DNA of 58,017 nt from Planctomycetota bacterium (lineage in GTDB: Bacteria > Planctomycetota > UBA8108 > UBA1146), in NCBI GenBank assembly GCA_012960845.1, contig DUAN01000226.1, positions 1 through 58,017 of the forward strand, read 5' to 3'. Shown piece after piece: positions 20,201 through 26,648 of the stretch; position 1 is the stretch's first letter; the number at the start of each line of letters is the position of its first letter. Made by a program: the position numbers and the translations under genes. The notes beneath the pieces were generated by a model that was given only the letters and a program-made list of their open reading frames with translations, was not told the DNA's origin and ran no database searches.

Positions 20201-20870
20201 CACGGAAGTCCAATGGACCGCTGTCCCGAAGATTGGGTACTACCAGCGATCGGGCACCCCTTCGCTCCACATCCACAGCAATCCCCAGACGCGTCGTGGT
20301 CCTGGCGATCCGTTGCGCTTCACCGTCCAACCGCTGGAATCCATGATTCATCTCCGGATGAACTCTCAGTGCCTTGACCAGTGCCCATGCAATGAGATGT
20401 GTGAACGACACCTTACTACGCGCCCAGGCCACCTGGTGTTCGTTGATGATTTTTCGGTTCTCTTCGAGAAGTCGCACCGGAATGGTACGAACCGTGGTCG
20501 CCGTCGGAACCTCGAGACTCTGCTCCATGTTCTCGACGATCCGCCCAGCAATCCCCTGGAGCGGGATCGTGGGATCGACCTCTGCGTCATCCGACTCCTC
20601 ATCCTCCAGAGTCTCCCGGGTCACGATCGAGGGCGTGACTGTCAAATCCTCGGTGGACCGTGAATCGCTCGCGATCCTGCAATTGGGATCGGGATCGGCC
20701 TGAGGTTCTGCTGAAGAACTCGGCTCCAACTCGATGGTATGGATGGCATCTGGTTGGGGCTGGTAGCCGACGAAGAACTCTCGCCAGGCCACATTGACAC
20801 TGTCAGGATCCTTCTTGAATTGCTCGAAGAGTGCGTCGACATACCCTGAATTTGATCCGAAGCGGTCCAA
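17208..20870 (-). CDS. kgd: multifunctional 2-oxoglutarate dehydrogenase E1 fused to an E2-like acyltransferase domain (Kgd/OdhA type)
   Basis: 1220 aa. N-terminus MDRFGSNSGYVDALFEQFKKDPDSV..W.EFF, then an acidic linker. The E2 catalytic-like domain carries SSYDHRVIQGAVSG (nt 19920..19940), followed by TPP-dependent E1o. TTG start has GGGAGG 5 nt upstream. Confidence 0.88.
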   Translation of the reverse strand: MDRFGSNSGYVDALFEQFKKDPDSVNVAWREFFVGYQPQPDAIHTIELEPSSSAEPQADPDPNCRIASDSRSTEDLTVTPSIVTRETLEDEESDDAEVDPTIPLQGIAGRIVENMEQSLEVPTATTVRTIPVRLLEENRKIINEHQVAWARSKVSFTHLIAWALVKALRVHPEMNHGFQRLDGEAQRIARTTTRLGIAVDVERRGARSLVVPNLRDSGPLDFREFLAAFNDVVGRARRGKLTLADFEGTSVSITNPGMLGTSMSVPRLMSGQGAIFGIGAIDFPPSCAGMAEDTVSRLGLSKVMTLTSSYDHRVIQGAVSGVFLATVEDLLLGKDRFYEQIFEQLDVPHEPYRWSQESIEDVAEVDCNSPEYRQAKVLQLVDAYRSRGHRMAHLDPLGKSPSPDPELELSSYGLSIWDLDRSFTCGGVGGQERPRKLREILDILRRTYTRYVGAEVSHISDAVERDWLLQKMEVTENEAPLELDDKLHILRKLNEAEAFEKFLHTSYVGHKRFSLEGSESLIPALDALLEECSAGGVEDVMIGMAHRGRLNVLVNILGKPLEQVFEEFEDFDMENPEGSGDVKYHLGAQGIHRGRNGRSVKVTLASNPSHLESVCPVVEGMVRALQDDREGSVSVVPLLIHGDAALAGQGVIYETLNMSQLPGYSTHGTIHVVINNQIGFTTSPEVGRSSRYCTDVAKSIEAPVFHVNADHPQMAVRMIRLAFEYRARFGKDVFIDLIGYRRWGHNEGDEPAFTQPLITRSIEKHRSVRKLTTERLLARGEIDIETAEQMLGEFQSILDGSFQKVKASLTERTPAQVRPDLEETEGIAVPSVDTSIPIPELDLLLAEVTRTPDQFNLHPKLQKQFERRLNLAREGAIDWGLAELCAFGSLVREGTAVRLSGEDCGRGTFSQRHSVLRDVDRGTHYVPLQHLADSEGSYQVFDSLLSEFGVLGFEFGYSLQRSSALTIWEAQFGDFSNGAQVIIDQFISSSEEKWNQSCGLTMLLPHGYEGQGPEHSSSRLERFLQLCAEGNMRVVQPSTPAQYFHTLRRQMHEAKRKPLVVLTPKSLLRLPAARSAPSSFTAEKFQEVIVDGAPGNHITKLLVASGRVLYDLLAEREKRSADDVLILRLEQLYPFPRAEIQEVLAQLPKSCDVRWIQDEPRNMGAWSYLRDRDGGFLGGGRRVRFIGRAWSASPASGSKAVHEAEQDHLIHRAFADDDGN

Positions 20871-20946
20871 TGGGACCTCCCACGCAACAGAGGACCGGCG
20901 ATGATCGAGCCGGCTGCGGCGGCCCGCCTTGCGAGCCTACGAGTCG

Positions 20947-20974
20947 ATGCTAGGTCTCAAGATTGTTCGGTCAA
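20947..20974 (-). promoter_or_regulatory. sigma-70-like promoter candidate for kgd
   Basis: Minus strand reads TTGACC-16 nt-TAGCAT, about 75 nt upstream of the kgd TTG start. This is a motif match only. Confidence 0.25.
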
Positions 20975-21027
20975 GGTGACCTGCACCATGGGCACTGGAA
21001 TCACCCTAAAAAGCACCCAGAACTCTC

Positions 21028-21750
21028 CTAGGGAGCCCCGTTCTGTTCAGAATCTCCGGCACGCATCGTCTCTGCCAACTTTTTCAGTCGGGCGATCGCC
21101 CGGCTGTGTCGCCGGCGTGTCGTATCGACATTGATGCTGAGGCGCCTGGCCACCTCCTCGTATCCCATGTTTTCCTCATCGATCCAACGCAGCAGATCTC
21201 GATCGTCATCTCCGAGCATGTCGAGGCAGTTTTGAAGCAAGTTCAACGCTTCCTGCCGATGGAGTCCTGCAGAGGGAGATGAAATCGAAGCCGCCAGGTT
21301 TCCCAGGGGATCGAGGGATTGACTGGCTCCCGCCGGCATCGCCCGGCGCTTTTCGCGCCGAGGATCTCTCTTCTGAGCCAGTTCCTTCTCGATCAATCGA
21401 TTGAGATTATTGAAGGTGACGGTTTTGAGCCAGGCCCGAAAAGCGGGAAGGCCACGATCCTCGAACCCGCTGCGCAACTGATATACATCGAGTGCCGCTT
21501 GCTGCAACACATCACTCGGATCGATTCTGCGTCGCAGATCGACCCCTAATCGATCCTCGACTCGACGCCTCAATTTCGGAAGTTCCTGTTCCAGCAGCCG
21601 CTCGAAGGCCGCTTCATCTCCATCGGCAAATTGCTGGAGCCATTCGACGGAACTGACCTCGGGGATCTCTGACGCTGCAGGGTCCGGCTTTTCCGCTTCA
21701 GGATCGTGATCCTCAGCACCATCTGTATCGGGTGGATCTTGGGCTGTCAT
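21028..21750 (-). CDS. ECF-type RNA polymerase sigma factor
   Basis: Region 2 (DPSDVLQQAALDVY...F.AWL..V..N) and region 4 HTH (EENMGYEEVARRLSINVDTTRRRHSRAIARLK). ATG 21750 has GGAGG 6 nt upstream. Acidic N-terminal extension. Confidence 0.85.
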   Translation of the reverse strand: MTAQDPPDTDGAEDHDPEAEKPDPAASEIPEVSSVEWLQQFADGDEAAFERLLEQELPKLRRRVEDRLGVDLRRRIDPSDVLQQAALDVYQLRSGFEDRGLPAFRAWLKTVTFNNLNRLIEKELAQKRDPRREKRRAMPAGASQSLDPLGNLAASISSPSAGLHRQEALNLLQNCLDMLGDDDRDLLRWIDEENMGYEEVARRLSINVDTTRRRHSRAIARLKKLAETMRAGDSEQNGAP

Positions 21751-21841
21751 GAGCACCTCCGTTGCGGCATGATATCGCAGGCTAGAGCAAATTTCACACT
21801 CTCCTCCGGGAGAGTCGCACGAGACCCTCGGGAGCAGCCAA

Positions 21842-24328
21842 TTGTCCGAAGACAGTGAATCTGACCCAGAACTGGAAATTTCTCCCCTTTCCCCGGCGGA
21901 GATTCTCTTCGCAAGATTGCTCGGTGGTGGCCAGTCGATCGTGGAAGCGGTCGAGCAAGCCTCGAGAGATCACCCTGACATGGCGGGCGAACTGCAGTGC
22001 CATCTGCAGGAATTCGAACGGCGAAGAAACGACAGGTTGGCTCGAGCGCAAAAGCTATCCACTCCAAACTCCGATGCTCTGGCTGAACGATTACTCGATC
22101 GATACAGCGATGACCTCGATCTCAGTAACCCGCTCGAGAGCGGAGAATCGGAACCGCTGATTCCAAATCTGGACGGGCGCTACGATTACCTCGAAGAAAT
22201 CGCTCGTGGAGGTATGGGCGCGATCTTGAAGATTTCGGATCCGGTCCTGCAACGTGAGCTGGCGATGAAGGTGGTACTGGGAGACAAGGCGGGCGACGCG
22301 CCTCCTCAGCGTCTCCGTAGATTTCTTCGTGAAGCTCGAGTGACGGCTCAACTCTCGCACCCAGGTGTGGTTCCAGTACACGAACTCAACAGCGATGCCG
22401 ATGGCAGATTTTACTTCACCATGGATCGAGTGATTGGACAGGAGTTGAGAGACTTCATCCGATACGCTCGAGATGGCACCTCAGGTTGGGACCGCAATCG
22501 TTTGCTGGAAGTTCTGCTGAAGGTTTGCGATACCCTCGAATATGCCCACTCTCGCGGAATCGTTCATCGCGATGTCAAACCGGCCAATATCATGGTGGGT
22601 CAATTTGGTGAGGTCTATCTGATGGACTGGGGCCTGGCGAGGATCCTATCCGACATCGAAGATGATCCACTCGAGGATGTCATCTCCGATTCTCTCGCAT
22701 CCTCCCAGGAGGGATCGACCGTCATCACCAGAGATGGATCGGTGGTGGGCACTCCTTCCTACATGTCTCCAGAACAGGCCTGCCCCGATCAGGGCTCGAT
22801 CGGCCCCTGGACCGATGTCTACTCGATCGGAGCGTTGCTCTACGAGATCCTCTCGGGTAATCCCCCCTACCGTACCGGGGATATCCCCCTGCCCGGTCAC
22901 AAGATACTGAGGCTGTTGCAGAAGGGACCACCGGTAGATATCCAGGAGAAGTCTCCCGACACCCCCGATGACCTGGCCAACATCTGTCGACTGGCGATGC
23001 AGCGCAAGGAATCGGACCGCCCCACCAGTGCGGGTCAGATCTCTACCATGCTACGCGAGGTGCTGAGTGCTCGAGCCTCTGCTGCAGAAAAGGCCCAGAA
23101 GGCACAGGAACTGGCGATGAGATCGAGAGAGGTGACGCAGTTCTTGACCGGCCTGTTCTTGCATGAAGCAGGGGATAACCCATCTCTTCATCGCATCAGC
23201 GCTCATTCCCTGCTCGACCGGGGTGCACAAGATCTTCTCTCGGGAATGGATGAGCAACCACAAACCCGAGCATCACTGCTCGGATCCCTCGCCTCGATCC
23301 TGCTCGAGACTGGTGCCGCAGATCGAGCGACGGAGTTACTACAGGCCGAGACGAAACTGCGCGATGATCACCCCCACTGGACCGCCAAAGAACGGATCGA
23401 TGCCTATCGAAAACTGGCCCGGGCTCACCAGCGGTTGCGGCGTCTTTCCGAGGCTGAGGATGCACTCCAGAAGGCGCTCGAATTGGTCCCGCCCGAATCA
23501 CCTGCTGCAGACTCCCGCGAAATCAGACATGAACTGGCGGAGTTGCTCAATGTCCGGGGAGATTACCCGCAGGCGGAGGAGATCAGCCGGGATCTACTGG
23601 TCAGTGTGGCCACAGATCCGAAGATCGAGCAGGTGCAATACGAGCTCACACTGGCCCAATCGATCTCGTTGCAAGGCTACCCCGAAGAAGCTCGAGAGAT
23701 CCTCAACCGTGTCATCACGGTGGTCGAAGAAGAGGATCCAGCGCTGCTGGCGACAGTGTTACTCCACCGCGCTGGAACCGTGCTCGAACTCCCTGCCGAG
23801 GAAACCAGCCGACAAGATCTCGAAACGGCGCTCGCGGATCTGTCCCGTTCGGTCGATTTGCAGATCGAACTGAGGGGCGATCGGTCGGACCACACTTCAC
23901 GACACAGGCGAGCTCTCGCCTGCTGCCAGCAACGCTGCGGCGATCTGGTGGCCGCGGAGCAGACAGCCCGAAGTGCCCTGATGGCGATCCGACAGTTACA
24001 CGTGATCCACCACCCGCTCTGCGCACGTTCCTATGCACGGCTCGCCTCGATCTTGCTCCTCTCGGGCCAGGCCGGGGAAGCGGACAAACTGATCGAGGAG
24101 GCGGGTTTGACCATCGACAGCGGAGAAATTTCCGCTGAATATCAATTCAGCTCGATGGAAGCGAGACTCCGCATCGATGCGCTGGCAGGACGCAAAGACC
24201 AAGTGCTGCAACTGCTGGAAGAACTGGACCAACGCGGGGGCGAACGACCCGCTGCACGCCAGAAGCGTCGTAGGGATCTCGATCAAATCTGCTCGGAGAG
24301 CGGCCTCGAATCGAATTACGAGGAGTAA
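21842..24328 (+). CDS. Ser/Thr protein kinase with C-terminal TPR-like repeats
   Basis: Hanks kinase motifs GGMGAILK, HRDVKPANIMV, DWGLAR and SPEQ. About 430 aa of helical TPR-like repeats follow. TTG start. Divergent from the ECF sigma gene. Confidence 0.85.
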   Translation: MSEDSESDPELEISPLSPAEILFARLLGGGQSIVEAVEQASRDHPDMAGELQCHLQEFERRRNDRLARAQKLSTPNSDALAERLLDRYSDDLDLSNPLESGESEPLIPNLDGRYDYLEEIARGGMGAILKISDPVLQRELAMKVVLGDKAGDAPPQRLRRFLREARVTAQLSHPGVVPVHELNSDADGRFYFTMDRVIGQELRDFIRYARDGTSGWDRNRLLEVLLKVCDTLEYAHSRGIVHRDVKPANIMVGQFGEVYLMDWGLARILSDIEDDPLEDVISDSLASSQEGSTVITRDGSVVGTPSYMSPEQACPDQGSIGPWTDVYSIGALLYEILSGNPPYRTGDIPLPGHKILRLLQKGPPVDIQEKSPDTPDDLANICRLAMQRKESDRPTSAGQISTMLREVLSARASAAEKAQKAQELAMRSREVTQFLTGLFLHEAGDNPSLHRISAHSLLDRGAQDLLSGMDEQPQTRASLLGSLASILLETGAADRATELLQAETKLRDDHPHWTAKERIDAYRKLARAHQRLRRLSEAEDALQKALELVPPESPAADSREIRHELAELLNVRGDYPQAEEISRDLLVSVATDPKIEQVQYELTLAQSISLQGYPEEAREILNRVITVVEEEDPALLATVLLHRAGTVLELPAEETSRQDLETALADLSRSVDLQIELRGDRSDHTSRHRRALACCQQRCGDLVAAEQTARSALMAIRQLHVIHHPLCARSYARLASILLLSGQAGEADKLIEEAGLTIDSGEISAEYQFSSMEARLRIDALAGRKDQVLQLLEELDQRGGERPAARQKRRRDLDQICSESGLESNYEE

Positions 24329-25404
24329 TCGGTCAACGAAGCCACCGTCTCGGCGTCTAGTTTCTCAACCAAGGCCACCACCAGATCCACGGCATGACGA
24401 TAATCATCGATATCGATGACACTGGAATGAGTATGGATCGAACGGGCCGGAACTCCGATCACGATCGTCGGAACACCCTGTCCATGAAGGTGAGTGGTCG
24501 AAGCATCGGTCCCACCACTTCGTCGCACGGCGATCTGCAACGGTACTCCCTCGGAAGTGGCGACTTCCTGACAGAGTCGAACCAGTCGTCGATTCGAGAT
24601 CGCGGTCGGATCGAGGAACCGAAGCTGTGGTCCTCCCCCCAGAACTGCCTGTCGAGAGGTCATACCCGGCAGATCATCGGCGGGAGTTCCTTCGAGCATG
24701 ATCCCGACATCGGGACGGCTGATGGAACTGGCGGTTCTTGCGCCACGACAACCCACCTCCTCCTGGACCGCAGCCACCGCCACCGGTTGGCAGGACAGCG
24801 AGGAGATCTTTGCCAGTCGTTGAAACGATTCGATCAGGACTCCGACCCCAACACGATCGTCAAACGCCTTGCAACAGTAGCGTCCGGCAGAGGCCAACTC
24901 ATCGAACTGACCCCGAGGACAGATGGGATCTCCCACCATCACACCCCACTCCTCCACTTCAGCACGATTCCGAGCGCCCACATCGATGTACATGCTCTCG
25001 AGCTTGAGAACCTTCTCCCGTTCTGCTGGCTTGAGAAAATGGGGCGGCTTGCAGCCGATCGAACCGGGAATCTTGCGCCCACCGGTGGCCAGCAAATCCA
25101 CTCTTTGTGCCAGCAACACGTGGCCCCACCAGCCGCCGAGGGGAACGAAGTGAATTCGTCCCTCGTCGTCGATCGACTGGACGGCAAATCCCACCTCGTC
25201 CATGTGAGCATCGAGAATCACTCGAGGACCGGCTCCATCTCCCTCGACGATGACGCTGCCGTGTGCGTCATGCTGTAGTGGACCCAACCCTTTCAACTCC
25301 CGATGGACGATGGCTCGCACCTCGTCCTCAGCTCCTGGTGGAGCGGTGGCCAGGCTCAATTCACGCAATAGATCGACGGACTGGTCGCAACTTCGGTCAC
25401 TCAT
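24316..25404 (-). CDS. M42 family metallopeptidase (FrvX/glutamyl aminopeptidase-like)
   Basis: LSLATAPPGAEDEVR...LDAHMDEVGF...KAFDDRVG...VQEEVGCRGA. ATG 25404 has GGAGG 6 nt upstream. Its 3' end overlaps the kinase 3' end by 13 nt (convergent). Confidence 0.8.
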   Translation of the reverse strand: MSDRSCDQSVDLLRELSLATAPPGAEDEVRAIVHRELKGLGPLQHDAHGSVIVEGDGAGPRVILDAHMDEVGFAVQSIDDEGRIHFVPLGGWWGHVLLAQRVDLLATGGRKIPGSIGCKPPHFLKPAEREKVLKLESMYIDVGARNRAEVEEWGVMVGDPICPRGQFDELASAGRYCCKAFDDRVGVGVLIESFQRLAKISSLSCQPVAVAAVQEEVGCRGARTASSISRPDVGIMLEGTPADDLPGMTSRQAVLGGGPQLRFLDPTAISNRRLVRLCQEVATSEGVPLQIAVRRSGGTDASTTHLHGQGVPTIVIGVPARSIHTHSSVIDIDDYRHAVDLVVALVEKLDAETVASLTDYSS

Positions 25405-25481
25405 CTGTGCCTCCAGATCGGGAAGAGGGGAGAGAGTAAGCCAGGATGGCCCGCCCTGCCAAGCGCCTTGTCCGGGATCAT

Positions 25482-26219
25482 TCAGGGAAGTTCGACCGGA
25501 AGATCGACCGGAACTTCATCGCCGAGAGTGATCTGTCCCTGATCGATCCGTACCCGGTGAGAAATCACCTCGACCCCGGCAGACACCGCCTGCTGCAATG
25601 CCTGACAGTAGGCTGGATCGATCTCGTGGGCAAACCCCACCCGCCTCGCATCGGTCCGCCCCAGCAACAGGAAGAGCACGGCTCTGCGGCCAGAGGAGGC
25701 CAGACCTGCCAGTACTTCCAGGTGTTTTTTTCCCCGTGCGGTGACCGAATCGGGGAAATCGGCGCGGTCATCGAAGTGTGCAGATTTCATGGTGACATTC
25801 TTGACCTCGATGAAGGTATCACCGGTTCGCTCATCCGGATCCTCGATCTCTCCCAGTACCATGTCGAGCCGTGTCCCCTGACCGATCGCAACTTCACGGC
25901 GCAAGTATGAGAACTTTCCCAGTCGCGGCACCTGATCCAGCAAGATGCCGTCGGCCACGATTGAATTGGGTAGCGACGTATCGACCAGTGCCTGATCTCC
26001 CTCACCGACTTCCAGAAGAGTCAGGGTCCACGGGAGCTTACGCTTGGGGTTATCGACAAACTTCAACCATGCTCGCGGCTGACCATCGATGAGGGTCTTC
26101 ATGCTTCCCGGATTGGGACAATGGGCCACCACCTCGCCACCGTCGGCAAGGTGGCAATCGGCCAGAAAACGCTTGTAGCGTCGAACCAATCGCCCCTCGA
26201 TCAACTTCAGTTGCACCAT
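25482..26219 (-). CDS. sfsA: sugar fermentation stimulation protein SfsA (DNA/RNA nuclease-like)
   Basis: GRLVRRYKRFLADCHL.DG.EVVAHCPNPGSM...FIEVKNVT. Confidence 0.85.
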   Translation of the reverse strand: MVQLKLIEGRLVRRYKRFLADCHLADGGEVVAHCPNPGSMKTLIDGQPRAWLKFVDNPKRKLPWTLTLLEVGEGDQALVDTSLPNSIVADGILLDQVPRLGKFSYLRREVAIGQGTRLDMVLGEIEDPDERTGDTFIEVKNVTMKSAHFDDRADFPDSVTARGKKHLEVLAGLASSGRRAVLFLLLGRTDARRVGFAHEIDPAYCQALQQAVSAGVEVISHRVRIDQGQITLGDEVPVDLPVELP

Positions 26220-26438
26220 CAGAAGCCTCGAGCCCGCCAGATGGGATCGACGAATTGGGACATGAAATGCTCACCTGGTGCCATTCCTGGCATCTTGGGC
26301 CTCCTATTCCCCCGAGCCATGGTGCGATTCGGTTGCTCCGGAGCACCGATTTCGGAGAATCGTTACTGTAAAGATCGGGCGGCAGGTTTGCCACCATGGC
26401 ACTGCTCGATCCCGATCGCCAGAGCGAGGGAGTCGACC

Positions 26439-26648
26439 ATGAGCCAGGGCGCAGAGCACAGTTCCGGCGCCGATTCAGGCGAGGTGGATCCAAAGCTGCT
26501 GGCGTTACTTCGCTGCCCTTGCCCGCAGCACCAGCCGCTGCAACAACGCCCCGATGGCCTCGCTTGCAGTGGCTGTGAGCGAGTTTTTCCGGTGGTAGAC
26601 GGCATCCCGGTGATCCTTCCCGAGCCGGAAGATCCATCTGCCGATTGA
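26439..26648 (+). CDS. Trm112/YcaR-family small zinc-ribbon protein
   Basis: ATG 26439 has GAGGGAG 7 nt upstream. LLALLRCPCPQHQPL...LACSGCERVFPVVDGIPVILPE matches the UPF0434/Trm112p-like layout. Its stop overlaps the aceE start (TGATG). Confidence 0.7.
   Translation: MSQGAEHSSGADSGEVDPKLLALLRCPCPQHQPLQQRPDGLACSGCERVFPVVDGIPVILPEPEDPSAD

Noticed and set aside
21842-24328. The idea that the Ser/Thr kinase-TPR protein next to kgd is a PknG orthologue controlling the Kgd/OdhA enzyme.
   Set aside because: There are no rubredoxin-like CXXC motifs in the N-terminus. The gene is paired with an ECF sigma factor, not with kgd. TPR tails are common in kinases of this kind. Proximity alone is insufficient.
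24316-24328. A 13-nt convergent overlap of the kinase and M42 peptidase 3' ends.
   Set aside because: It is real in the sequence (NYEE* versus DYSS* read from the same bases). It is a trivial consequence of compact gene packing and carries no additional structure.
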